From a virus, in the IMG/VR virus record IMGVR_UViG_3300036398_003294, positions 8,400 to 72,399 of that record: a stretch of DNA of 64,000 nucleotides. The stretch is one strand, 5' to 3'. This document shows positions 1-11,400 of this stretch, piece after piece. Each line of letters opens with the position of its first letter. The stretch's first letter is position 1. The notes under the pieces were generated by a model that was given only the letters and a program-made list of their open reading frames with translations, was not told the origin of the DNA and made no database searches. The translations under genes and the position numbers were made by a program.

Positions 1-93
1 TTCATCTAAAAGATATTTACCATTCATGTCTGTGATAGTAAGTTCGCTTGATCTTTGAATGACAGAGTTATTTTTTCTGTTTACGATTATCAT
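1..93 (-). CDS. Partial CDS running off the window edge (MIIVNRKNNSVIQRSSEL...), next gene of the tail/baseplate operon
   Basis: ATG at 93 on minus strand with AAGGA upstream, open to position 1. Confidence 0.7.
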   Translation of the reverse strand, partial: MIIVNRKNNSVIQRSSELTITDMNGKYLLDE

Positions 94-113
94 TTTATTT
101 AAATCCTTATTTC

Positions 114-2552
114 TTAGTTAATTTGAACAGCACCATAAATACTAGACACCCACCAACCTGTAGAATACCAATAAAGAGTGATGGCTTCATTTTGATCTAA
201 TTTTATTGTGTGTGTATTATCACCATCGATATAAATAGGATCGACTATTTTTTGAGTATTGCCTACATTTTTAATGTGTACAGTAGTACCATTAATAGTA
301 GCATTAGGCAAAGTAACAGTATATCCTACACCATTACCTTCTAAATGGAAAATTGCACCTGATGCTAAATTTAATGTGCCTGCTGTAGTAACGACTACAA
401 CTTTTTGAATAAAAGTAGAATTAAAGGTAGCGATACCTTCAAAAGTAGCAATAGAATTTACTACAGTCACATCACTAGTAGCATTATTGCCTATATACAC
501 ATCAGATAATAAAGAAACAGAATTTTGAAAATCCGTATTACCAATGACATTAAGACCTGAAGAGATTTCCCATCTATTATTAGATTCATCCCACTTGATA
601 TAGCTATTAGTATCAGTACCTCTTTCTACTTCAATAGCTATAACATCAGCTTCTTGACCTACTCCTGTTCTATCTGCATTTAATAAAATAGCTGGTGTTG
701 TAGATGGGGTGGATGGCTTTTCAATCTTTAATTGACTATCCGTGTTTAGATATAGACCATAATTAAAATCCCATCTATCATTAGTTTCATCCCATTTAAT
801 GTTAGATGAGATTTCTTCTCCTCGATTTACCGATAAAGCAATCACACTTGATTCTTCCCCGGGTCCACTTCGATCAGCATTTAATAGGATAGCTGGTGTT
901 GTAGATAGAGAAGGCATATTAGTGCTGATTTGACCATTTGCAAAAACATCTCCTCCACCTGTAATTGTGAAAGAATTGTTAAGTGATGTGTTTTTTACAT
1001 ATAAAACAATATCTTCATTTTCATATCCACCAGAATAATTAAAAGTTCCTACCTCAGCTTGAATATCAGAAGTTTTTAATTGTTCTGTAGATACTGTGTT
1101 TGATAAGAACCACCAATTATAAGTTTCATCCCATTTAATTTGAGCATTAGTTAAAGTACCTCGTTCTACTTCAAGGCAAATAATATCAGCTTCTTGACTA
1201 GCACCTGTTCTATCACTATTAAATAAGATGGCAGAAGTAGTAGCAGTATTTGTAGGCTTTTTAAATTTAATTTGCTGATCTGTGTCTATTGTCAAATGAC
1301 CTGAAATATTTGTGGTGTAGAAATTACTTGTACCATAAGTAGCATCTATATTTGCCAAAAATTGAGCAGTTGCACCCGTACCACCCAACATTAAATTTCC
1401 ACTATTATTAACATAAAAATAAGGATAAGCTAAACCTGTTTTTTGGATTTGGAAAGTTCTAGTAGTACCACTTGCCCAATTGATCTGAACATTATTACCT
1501 AATGTTGTAGCACCTGTAACACCTAATGTGGAAGAAAAAGAACCTGTGGTGGCAGTCAATGCTCCCATATTTAATGCTGTTGGTGTTTGAGATAAAGAAT
1601 GAAGATTTGTTGAAGTGGCAGTTGCACCTGTAACAAGAGCAAGATCAAAACGATTATTATAAAGACTATTCCAATAAAAAACAGGTTTTGGATCTACTGA
1701 CTTTGAGAATAAAAATCCCATATCTACAGATAAAGTACCATTTCTATTTAATTCAATGATCGTATCTTCTACACTTAAATTTGTTGTGTTGATTGTAGTA
1801 GTAGTACCATTGACTGTTAAATCACCTGCAATTATAACATCACCATCTATAGAAGTTGAACCATCACTTGAATCAATAGAAAAAACTACTGAAGGGGTTT
1901 CACTATCTGCTTTATTAGAAATAGATGATCCTGCTAAAAGTGTTTCTCTAGTCCATGCACTACTATCTAAAACAATTTTCCATGTAACATCATTACCTTC
2001 ATCATTCGTGTTTGGCAATAAATTAATATAACTAAATCCTTCAGCACTATCACTTGCTGAGATATATGCTTGAAAATCTAAATTTAAAGTATCATTTGCT
2101 GTGAATATACAGATATAATATGTATACAAGGGATCAAAAACTAAAGAAGCATTATATGTAGGTGGTGTTGTATTTGCATAAGGATTTCCTAAACCAAGAC
2201 CTGATCTATATCTTGAATAAGAAACATTAGGAATCCCATCCCCCGGCGATCCCACAAATAAAGATAATGTGTTTCCTATCAAAGTTAATGGGATTACTTC
2301 TCTAGTAGCACCACCATCATTCGTTCTGAAAACATAAATATATTCAAAATCTTGAAAAGAATCACTATCAAATTTGACATACAAGTATGCTAAAGGTGCA
2401 TCTTTTTTTTGATTATACACTTGAACATCACCATAAATATTTGCATATCCTGTGATGTCTTTATTGCCTTTGTCTTGAACATAAATGACATTATTTACAT
2501 TTTTATTAATGCCACTACCTGCACTGCCACCTGTAAATGAACTTGTAGGCAT
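114..2552 (-). CDS. Tail fibre-like virion protein with three internal ~45-aa repeats
   Basis: GDLTVNGTTTTINTTNLSVEDTIIELN motif typical of phage fibre shafts; AILxNxDR...VxRG...IKWDE three times; T/S/G/N-rich; in baseplate operon. Confidence 0.65.
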   Translation of the reverse strand: MPTSSFTGGSAGSGINKNVNNVIYVQDKGNKDITGYANIYGDVQVYNQKKDAPLAYLYVKFDSDSFQDFEYIYVFRTNDGGATREVIPLTLIGNTLSLFVGSPGDGIPNVSYSRYRSGLGLGNPYANTTPPTYNASLVFDPLYTYYICIFTANDTLNLDFQAYISASDSAEGFSYINLLPNTNDEGNDVTWKIVLDSSAWTRETLLAGSSISNKADSETPSVVFSIDSSDGSTSIDGDVIIAGDLTVNGTTTTINTTNLSVEDTIIELNRNGTLSVDMGFLFSKSVDPKPVFYWNSLYNNRFDLALVTGATATSTNLHSLSQTPTALNMGALTATTGSFSSTLGVTGATTLGNNVQINWASGTTRTFQIQKTGLAYPYFYVNNSGNLMLGGTGATAQFLANIDATYGTSNFYTTNISGHLTIDTDQQIKFKKPTNTATTSAILFNSDRTGASQEADIICLEVERGTLTNAQIKWDETYNWWFLSNTVSTEQLKTSDIQAEVGTFNYSGGYENEDIVLYVKNTSLNNSFTITGGGDVFANGQISTNMPSLSTTPAILLNADRSGPGEESSVIALSVNRGEEISSNIKWDETNDRWDFNYGLYLNTDSQLKIEKPSTPSTTPAILLNADRTGVGQEADVIAIEVERGTDTNSYIKWDESNNRWEISSGLNVIGNTDFQNSVSLLSDVYIGNNATSDVTVVNSIATFEGIATFNSTFIQKVVVVTTAGTLNLASGAIFHLEGNGVGYTVTLPNATINGTTVHIKNVGNTQKIVDPIYIDGDNTHTIKLDQNEAITLYWYSTGWWVSSIYGAVQIN

Positions 2553-2558
2553 TTTTCT

Positions 2559-5453
2559 TTACTCCATCATCAATCTGTTTTTAGTGTTGTAGATACTTGC
2601 AATTGTGTAATTACTACCTAAAGTAATCTTATTCTCACTATCCAATTCTGCATACCTACTGATCAAAACTAAAAGCATTTCACCTTTTCTAAAATAAGAT
2701 GTGTTCGCTTTCGCTTTGCATAATAAAGGCAATACATTTTTATGACTTACTTCACTTGAAAATGGTGATGTATAAGTGACAGGTAAATATCCTGTTGCAC
2801 CTTGATAAATCGTATTGCCTTGTGAATCTGTTGTCTTGCTAGTAAAAGTCAAATCTGTATTAATATCTATAGGCATGAAGTTATTAAGATTTAACATACC
2901 TGCATTAATATTAAAGTCACTGATAGAAACCTGTGCATTTGCTCTTAAATCCCATTCGTCTATGTCAAAATCACTATGGATACCTACCATGTCACTTGCA
3001 CTTGAATATGGATAAGATATACTTAAACTGCCTTTGCTCGTTTGGATAGCATACATAGATTTAGAAATATAAATAGGCTCAACTTCAATTGTTAAACCTG
3101 ATGGAATTGTGGTTTGAGATGCTAGGTATCTATAATAGACCATCGTTCTAGCTTTGTTTGCTAGTAAAGGATAATATTTTAAGCTAACTAAGGTTTGACC
3201 TGCATTTGTTAAAGCATTGACCAAAACACTAGCATCTGATTTATTGTAATCAGATGTATTAAGCACATTTGAAAAACCTGCACCAACCTCTTGATCTTCA
3301 TACTGCACAAAATAAGTAATGCCATCACCATAAAATTTAAAAGGTGTTTGGATTTCAGTAGGTGATTTACTAACAAGATCTATGGTCTGTTCTTTTTTAA
3401 CATATTCTAAAGCAATTTCTCTATTCGTATCATTAAACGATGCTAAGACACCTGCCTCAAATTCTGAAAAGAAAAGACTTGATTCGTTAATAACACTACC
3501 ATGTGGATAAATGCTTGTATCAGGATTTAACAAAATAGGTGTTGCTCTTAATCCATTGCCTTCTGGATAACATAAAGCAAGTTCAATAAAGATATTTCTA
3601 GGACTGCCTACATCACCATCAGTAGTATTGCCAACCATTTGATAATTACTTGTAGCAGATAGACCACCATTTACAGTGAAGTCATTTTTATCTAAGATAA
3701 GAGAAACCTTTGTAGCAGAAATGAACTCAATTTTCTTAAATTGGATATTTTGACTAACTGCTGTAGTAGTATGTCCATCATCATGCCATGCTCTTAAAAC
3801 ATCAATGATCTTTGTACCTGCAGGGAATGAATCGGTAACAGGATTTGGAAAGCCTACATTATAATAATTAGCGAAGTCTAAAATAATCTCATCATTTTCA
3901 TACCATTTAAATGTACCTACAACTTTATCTACATAAGCGAAAGCTGTTGGATCATCATCTGAAATGGTTATTGTTGCGATTACTTTTTCTACATTTGGAT
4001 AACTTGTAAATCTTCTTCTAAGACCATCTACATATCCGATCAAATTGCCATAGGTATTTGGTTGAGTAAAACCATAATATTCAATCGCATCACAAACCAA
4101 AGGCTGTGTACTGCGATCACCATCTGTACTTTGATTGCCTATATAAAATCTATTTCTACCATCTTTTTGAACAGTCTTAATGTTATTGTCTAAAAGATAT
4201 TGTGTTTGCTCTGTTAATAGCTTTTCACTATCTAAGATCTCAATTACTTTCTTTCTTAGATCTGTAACATCTACATCAGCTATTAAATCAGCAAATAAAC
4301 CATCAGGTCTATCACTTATGCCTGCAGGAATAACAATAGGGTCAAGATCTAACCAAGTAGCAGTAGAGCCTGTATGTGTAGATAATAAAGCACCATTAGG
4401 ATTAATGGGATTGAAACCACCACTATTTCTACGATTGACAAAACAAATAGGCAAACCATAAACATAGCCATCTACAGTACCTAAAGCAGTAGCAGATGCT
4501 TGGTTACCTGTGCCTGCAATCCATAAACCATTATCTGTTGAACTTGCACTAAAAGAATAAGAAGTAGGTGATCCATTAGTGCCTTGTGCTTTAACATTAG
4601 TAGTATCAGAAAAGCCATCTTGATAGGTATCTACTGCAAAGTTATTTACTGTTCGGAAACGATATTGATATTGGATTCTTTTAGTAGACTCTGCATTTAA
4701 AGTAGTATCGTAAATATCATCATTTAACCATGAGCCTGTTAAAGATTGCACATTACCATAAATGTAAATCTTATTATTCGCAGGGATATTTAAACCACTT
4801 GATTCACCTGTAGCTGGTGTGACAGTAATAGCAAGAGATGTAGTACTAATAGAAACAGTAGTGTCTAAAGTTAAGAAAATAAAATCTGTACCTTTGCTAT
4901 CTGAACTGATTACATTAGATAAGCCACTTAAAGCAGTAGCAATATTTAAAGCAGTGACATATTTATCAGCACCTAAAACAAAATCCACACCACAAGTGAT
5001 TGTATCTGTACCAATGGTAATCGTATCACCATTAATAACATTATCACCTATTCTTAATCTAGCATTAGGTAAAGTAGCTGGACTAACCAATGCTTTCCAA
5101 ATCTCTAAGAAGACAAAGGTGGTGGATTTTTGAGTAGCTGGTGGACTAGATAAAGAGATTTGATTTGAGCCTGAATTGTCATTCGCATAAGCAATTCGGA
5201 TAACTTTATTATTAACACGGACATCAAAAGCATTTAAAGTTAAGGTGTTTGGTGTAGTGTCAAAAACATAGTCATCAAAAATATCTTTTTTATTTGAGAT
5301 GATGCCACTAGGTTTGGAATTGACTAGACTAATATCTTGAACTAAGTTTAATTCACTATCAAGTAAAGGTTTGCCTGTTTGAAAGACAACACTTTCATAA
5401 TTCGTTAAACTCGGATCAAGATTTCTTGATGTAGTAGTAATATATTTTGTCAT
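2559..5453 (-). CDS. Baseplate/tail-fibre attachment structural protein (DUF4815-like N-terminus)
   Basis: N-terminal YESVVFQTGKPLLDSELNLVQD resembles the start of DUF4815-type baseplate proteins; operon context. Confidence 0.55.
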   Translation of the reverse strand: MTKYITTTSRNLDPSLTNYESVVFQTGKPLLDSELNLVQDISLVNSKPSGIISNKKDIFDDYVFDTTPNTLTLNAFDVRVNNKVIRIAYANDNSGSNQISLSSPPATQKSTTFVFLEIWKALVSPATLPNARLRIGDNVINGDTITIGTDTITCGVDFVLGADKYVTALNIATALSGLSNVISSDSKGTDFIFLTLDTTVSISTTSLAITVTPATGESSGLNIPANNKIYIYGNVQSLTGSWLNDDIYDTTLNAESTKRIQYQYRFRTVNNFAVDTYQDGFSDTTNVKAQGTNGSPTSYSFSASSTDNGLWIAGTGNQASATALGTVDGYVYGLPICFVNRRNSGGFNPINPNGALLSTHTGSTATWLDLDPIVIPAGISDRPDGLFADLIADVDVTDLRKKVIEILDSEKLLTEQTQYLLDNNIKTVQKDGRNRFYIGNQSTDGDRSTQPLVCDAIEYYGFTQPNTYGNLIGYVDGLRRRFTSYPNVEKVIATITISDDDPTAFAYVDKVVGTFKWYENDEIILDFANYYNVGFPNPVTDSFPAGTKIIDVLRAWHDDGHTTTAVSQNIQFKKIEFISATKVSLILDKNDFTVNGGLSATSNYQMVGNTTDGDVGSPRNIFIELALCYPEGNGLRATPILLNPDTSIYPHGSVINESSLFFSEFEAGVLASFNDTNREIALEYVKKEQTIDLVSKSPTEIQTPFKFYGDGITYFVQYEDQEVGAGFSNVLNTSDYNKSDASVLVNALTNAGQTLVSLKYYPLLANKARTMVYYRYLASQTTIPSGLTIEVEPIYISKSMYAIQTSKGSLSISYPYSSASDMVGIHSDFDIDEWDLRANAQVSISDFNINAGMLNLNNFMPIDINTDLTFTSKTTDSQGNTIYQGATGYLPVTYTSPFSSEVSHKNVLPLLCKAKANTSYFRKGEMLLVLISRYAELDSENKITLGSNYTIASIYNTKNRLMME

Positions 5454-5469
5454 TTTACTTATCTACCTT

Positions 5470-6093
5470 TTAAAAAGTCAATCGCCAAGTGATTGCCAAA
5501 ACAGAATTTGAAGGTTTATTGATCACAGGGAATGTTAGATAATTAATGAGAATGTCATAATTGGTAACATTCAAAGTAGTATCATAATCAGGAAAACTAA
5601 CAGGATCACCACTACCATCTAATAAAGGTGTTGTTACTAAAGGATCTGCATCATAAGGACTAACCAATCCCATTTCATTTAAAGCACCTACTGCTTCACC
5701 TTCATTATAAACTGTTGTAAAGTCCACAACATTTGTAGGTATTGTACTGACTGCAAATGTTGTAGGATTTCGAAATAAAACAGATGCAAATTCTTTACGA
5801 GCAATTTCCGTGTTTAATCTTCTTTGTCTTTGATCTGCAACACTTGGTACTAAACTTGTGCCTGTTGCACCTGTGCCTACTGCTAACATAGTAATAGGTG
5901 ATCGAGTTGGATATAAGCCTGAAAAGAGAATAGATGCGAGTAAGCTACCATCTAAAGTATAAACATTATCTACTTTAATCTCTTTATCATCTAGCTTAAT
6001 AAACACTTCACCTTTTACACGATATGTATTCTCATTAAATCCAAATCCAAAAGCTACAGAACTTTGTGGTCTTTTAATATTTTCACTAATCAT
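5470..6093 (-). CDS. Tail collar/fibre-anchoring baseplate protein (DUF3751-like)
   Basis: MLAVGTG...EIARK...EAVGALNEMGL...FPVINK...ITWRLTF pattern; follows baseplate wedge genes. Confidence 0.6.
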   Translation of the reverse strand: MISENIKRPQSSVAFGFGFNENTYRVKGEVFIKLDDKEIKVDNVYTLDGSLLASILFSGLYPTRSPITMLAVGTGATGTSLVPSVADQRQRRLNTEIARKEFASVLFRNPTTFAVSTIPTNVVDFTTVYNEGEAVGALNEMGLVSPYDADPLVTTPLLDGSGDPVSFPDYDTTLNVTNYDILINYLTFPVINKPSNSVLAITWRLTF

Positions 6094-6110
6094 TTTTTCT
6101 TATCCATCCT

Positions 6111-8492
6111 TTAAAGTGATATGAGTATTATTTCAACACTTGCAGTTCCATCATATATAACTTGAGTGTTATTATTTAATACATATTGCTCAAGATTTAA
6201 GATGCCATTATTTAACAGAAATGGTGCATTATTTACTCCACTGCCTTTAAATACAGGACAAACATCTTCAAAAACAAAGGTTTGCTCCAAGCCTATCCAT
6301 TCATCTTTAAAAAAACTAAACTCACTAGCTAAACCATTATTATCTGTTATCGTATCTTTAATTTTAGTTTGTCTTGGTTTTTCAGGTGAACTTGCATTGC
6401 CTAATGGATTTGCCATAAATTCATCTACATTAAAGGCAACTTGCTTAACAATATTCTTAAATGGTATCATGCCTTCATTTAAGTCATCAGGTCTAAACCA
6501 ATCACCACTTTGACTTACTGAACGATTTGTTAAGCATACAACATCGATCATCGTACCATTTGCTATGCCTGTAAAGATTAAACTATTGCCATTTACTTTA
6601 TATGAAGTGACATTTGTTAATCCTTGCTTAACAGATATGATTTGTTTCACATGAAAAGGTAAAGTAATTTTGTTATCTAAAACTGCAACACTTGCAGTAG
6701 CAGGTGAAAGCACTCTATGCACAGCATTAATGACATTATATCTGTTTAGCTTACTCTTAGAATTTAAAAGCAGAGAGGTGTTATTAAGAGCATCTGTATT
6801 ACTATGTGCATAAAAAGATCTCATCCATTCTTTTACTAAAGGATATTTAGTCTTATGGTGGAATAAAACCTGTCCATTTCTTTTCTCAATTCTATTCGCA
6901 GGCAAAAGATTTGTTGTTGGTCTTTGGTTTCTAGGTCTATAGGAATTAAGCACAAAGCTAGTATCATTTAAAGCAGTAAAACACACTTGATCTGTTTCAT
7001 CATAAGGATAAGTGATTTCAATTTCAGTAACAGAAGTTATTAAAGAAACGACACGAGTAAATGGATTATACTCTTGGATCTCAACACTGCTAATAAAATC
7101 ACTAGGTAAAATAGGCATACCATAAATCGTATATGGTGTAGAAAAAGGCAAAGTGAATTGACTTGTCAAATATGGAAAGGTTTGAGAATATGTTTTATAT
7201 CTTAAAGGTCTAGTCTTAAAAGAGGATTGAGTATTTTCTATCAGATATAAATTAGCTGTGGTTGCAGTCAAAGGTCTATCTAAAGTAAAAACCTGTGCAG
7301 ATAATTTATAGGTATATGGATTTACCTTTAAGATGAAATAAGCTGATGCACCTATTAAGACTAATTCACCTTCTTGCATTTCATATGTAGTAGATACAGG
7401 CACAGGTACAATTAAACAATGATTTACAATATCACCTGTGCCTGTAAGTTGAAGTCTTGGTACAGAATAAGTAACATTTGAAATATCATCAGCTAAGACA
7501 GTATTAATAGCAACAATCTTTCTCTCTTGATTATTGACACGGATACGATCATTTATTTTAAAACCACTGTCATAAACTCTTAAAAATTTAGAGTTTGCTG
7601 TTGTGTATCCATAAACACTAGATAAATAAATGCCTTGATCTGTCTTTCTCAAATCCTCTTGAAACATAAGACCAGCTGTCAATGAGAAATCAAATGTAGG
7701 TTTATTGACAAGTTCTTTAAATAAAGTGCTTGGTCTGTTGCCTATATTGACATGAGCAGGTTTAGTTTTTAAGAGTAGCTTATATAGGTTGTCTTGCAGT
7801 GTAATAACATCCTGTTGAAAACCATAAAAGACTTCGTGGATATGTCCACTAGCAGTTTGGACGATGCCATCTAAAACATCATGTTGGTGTAGATCATCAC
7901 CCCATTTATATCCTATTGGTGCAGATGTTTTACCTAAACCTAAAATAGGTGCATATACATAATGTTTATGTCCATTGACTTCTGTTGTCAAAGCATAAGA
8001 TGAGATAAGACAGTCAATAAGGAAAGCACCAATTTCATTAATCTCAACAAGACTATTTGGTTGAATTTTATTAAGAAGATCAATAATAGCTTTACCTGTA
8101 CTGCCTTGTAATAATGCTTGGATGAGATTTAAGATAGTATTTCTTAATTCAGTTTCATTATTAAAAGAAGGTCTATCTACTGCTTTGGGAAAAAGTAGTC
8201 CATAAAGTCTATCATTAAAAAATTCAGGTCTTATTTGGGAATAATCTACTTCATTCACAAGGTCTAAGCAATCAAGTAAAAGACTAGAAAGAGTTCTACC
8301 AACACCTTCATATAAAATTCTGTTATTGCTACCATATTCAGAAAGATAATTAGATGCTAAAGAACCTGAAAGAGCATTAGCATAAGCGACTACAAGTGAA
8401 TCCTGCAATGATTTTTTTTCTTCACTTTTACTGCCTATAGGATCAGTATTAGCAATTGGGAAATCAGGATAAAAAGGAATTTTATCACTCAT
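6111..8492 (-). CDS. Baseplate wedge protein (P2 gpI-like N-terminal region) with HxH insert
   Basis: KPAH motif; immediately downstream of baseplate J; GHKH/LHQH/GHIH cluster. Confidence 0.55.
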   Translation of the reverse strand: MSDKIPFYPDFPIANTDPIGSKSEEKKSLQDSLVVAYANALSGSLASNYLSEYGSNNRILYEGVGRTLSSLLLDCLDLVNEVDYSQIRPEFFNDRLYGLLFPKAVDRPSFNNETELRNTILNLIQALLQGSTGKAIIDLLNKIQPNSLVEINEIGAFLIDCLISSYALTTEVNGHKHYVYAPILGLGKTSAPIGYKWGDDLHQHDVLDGIVQTASGHIHEVFYGFQQDVITLQDNLYKLLLKTKPAHVNIGNRPSTLFKELVNKPTFDFSLTAGLMFQEDLRKTDQGIYLSSVYGYTTANSKFLRVYDSGFKINDRIRVNNQERKIVAINTVLADDISNVTYSVPRLQLTGTGDIVNHCLIVPVPVSTTYEMQEGELVLIGASAYFILKVNPYTYKLSAQVFTLDRPLTATTANLYLIENTQSSFKTRPLRYKTYSQTFPYLTSQFTLPFSTPYTIYGMPILPSDFISSVEIQEYNPFTRVVSLITSVTEIEITYPYDETDQVCFTALNDTSFVLNSYRPRNQRPTTNLLPANRIEKRNGQVLFHHKTKYPLVKEWMRSFYAHSNTDALNNTSLLLNSKSKLNRYNVINAVHRVLSPATASVAVLDNKITLPFHVKQIISVKQGLTNVTSYKVNGNSLIFTGIANGTMIDVVCLTNRSVSQSGDWFRPDDLNEGMIPFKNIVKQVAFNVDEFMANPLGNASSPEKPRQTKIKDTITDNNGLASEFSFFKDEWIGLEQTFVFEDVCPVFKGSGVNNAPFLLNNGILNLEQYVLNNNTQVIYDGTASVEIILISL

Positions 8493-8497
8493 GTTTT

Positions 8498-11400
8498 TTA
8501 CTCTGCTCTGTAAGTGAAGTTTAAGTTGCCAACAGTGAAATAAGAAAATGGATTTAAAGATAAGTTATTAACAAATCCTAAACCATCTGCTGTTTGGTAG
8601 TTTACATGAAATGTATATTCACTTGGTGATTTACCTACAGGCAAAGCAACAAGGATTTTATTTTTACTATTTGCAATAGGATTGCCACCTATGACAAGAT
8701 CTGCATTACCTATAATGCACACACTATTTGGAGTATTTCCTAAAGTAGTGACAAGCGATTGGGAAACAAGATTAAATTCTAAACCATTGCCATAGACACG
8801 ACCAAGTTCACCACCATTGGTAGATACAGGTTGTGATAGATTTACATCTATAAGCCATGCGATTGCAACACCTGTGGTTAAAGCTACGATTTGAGTATAT
8901 GAGTTATTAGGTATAATTTCTTCTCGAATGACAGGTGTATTTACTGAAAAAGATAATTGAGTTAAAGGCAAGTCTATAAAAGCAACACCATCTGCATTAT
9001 CCAGCACTCTTACTACATCACTCACTCTTAGATTAGATCCTAGATTGAGATAAGAAATATAATTTTGTAGATTGTTTCTAATAGCAAGATCAATTTGGCT
9101 GACTTGATATCCTTTACGAACAACAATATTTGCTTTTACATCTACAGGACAGGGGATACATTCTTTAACAAGAATATCAGCAGTAAGGTGCTTAGCTATA
9201 TTGATTTGAGATTGGACATTTTGTAGTACTTGATTATAGGTATATGTGACTTCAAGATTTAAGAGATAGCTATAATTGACTTTGACTGCTACATTTTCAG
9301 GGATGGTGGAATTAGAAGTTCTAGTTAAAGTAGTATATCCATCATCAGTAGTTTCAATAATGAAATCAGGATTTTCTTCAAAAGAAGAATTATAGAAAGT
9401 AAAACCTGTTTCACCATCACCACTAGAATCAAGTCTAAGTTGGATGCTTAAAGCATCCACACCTTTTTTAGTCAATTGGTATGGATAAAAACCTATAAAG
9501 CTAAACACTTCTGAAGTGGAATAAAAATCAGAAGTGATCACACCATTATTGATTAAAATATTATCTTTAGCTTTAGTGGAATAACCTTCAAGTAAAGGAT
9601 CTTGTGTTTTCTTAAACAAGTAATCAGTGCCTTGTGCATATTCTACATTATTTTCATCTATTAAAGAAGTGATGCTTTCAACAGGCTGTCTAGTAAGATA
9701 AATGATTTCACTAATATTTTCTTGCCAATCACCAATGATAACATCCGTGATATTGTAATCAGGTTGGGATAAGCTAGTGTCTAAGATAACAATATTATCA
9801 TCTGTGATGGAATGGTTAGTGAGATCAAACCATTGACCTGTAGTGGCATTTTTTAAGCCATAACCTAGTGTTTGGTTATCAATCATTTTATAAAGAGTAG
9901 CAGAGAGATCACCTAATTTAAATTGGTAGATGCCTTCAGCAATGGGAATGAAAAGACTATCTTTATGAGTTTGGAAATTTGGAGCATATAAATCAGTAGC
10001 AGTAGCTAAAGATACACCACGAATCCATACATCGACTTTACCATCACCTCTAAATTGATAAGGTGATTCAGCACCTGCGATAAAAACTTCAGTAACACCA
10101 GCTGTAGCACTAGCTAATCTTTCAATACCTGATTTAGTGCCTGTATCTACACTAGCAAGAGTATTAATAGATCTTGAACTTAAATCTAAATTTGATTCTA
10201 CTTCTGAGCCACCAAAGGTAGGATTTTCATTATTAACAGAAAGACCATTAATAGAAGAGTTTCTAATTTGATTACTAGTGACATTACCTGCAATACCTAT
10301 ATTTAATGCTTGGACAGGTACATAAACTGCATATCTATCTTTAACAGGATCATAATAAGAAGACAAAGTATCTGTGGAAATTCTAGCAAATTGAGTAGTT
10401 TGAAAAGGAATACTACCAGCATAGATTGTTGTATATGCAGGAATATTAATTGTTCTAGTAGGAGCAGTCTTAACAAAAAAGACAACTTCACCAATTGCAC
10501 GAGTACCTAATCTTCTTTTAATGCCAAAATTATATGCAAGTTTATCAAAGGCTGAATCAATAACAGCTTGAACTCTATTTTGTTCACTAAAGAAAAGTGC
10601 TTGACCAAGAGCAGTTTTATAATTTGAGTTATTGACTGCGATACTTTTACCTGTATTTCTAGGATCATCAATAGCAAGTAAAGTAGTAAAAGACATAGCA
10701 CGGTAAGTGAAGTCTAATAAGAATCTTGCTCTTTCCATTTCATTGACAAAAGGATCAATAATGACATCTCTTGTAACTGAGCCCGGGTTGACTAAAGCAT
10801 CAGGTTGTAATTTATGGATAGTGGTGATCATATCTGTGGTTAAGGTTTGACGACTAACCACAGGCAAAGAAACATTAGATTGGTTAATATTGACAGGCTT
10901 GCCTACAACTTCTAAAGAGTATGCACTTTCAATTTCAGTACCATCCACAACTTTAACAGCAGTGGCAACATAGTAAAGCACATTTTCATTAGATAGAGAT
11001 GCGAAAGCACCTATTTGGATAGTAGGTGGAGTAGAATTTTGAGTAGCTTGTCTATTATGTTTAAAGACGATTTCAGTTTGGATATCAATGGAAGATAGGT
11101 TAGCAGTAAGTCTTAATCGTTTAACAGATTCAGTGACTTCACTATTAAAAATAACATCACTAGCAAGGTTGGTTGAGCCATCAGTTTGGATAAAGTTTAA
11201 TTTAGCATATAGTGGATCAGCAGTTTCTGTATTTGCATTAAAGGTTTCATCTGCAATGGTAGTAAGAACTTCTTTGCCTATGCCATAGCTAATAGGATCT
11301 AAAGGTTCAAAGTTAATTTTTTGATAACCATTGATGCCACCACCACTAGAAACACTAGCATACAAGTTATAATATTTGATTTCATTATCTGTATGTTGGA

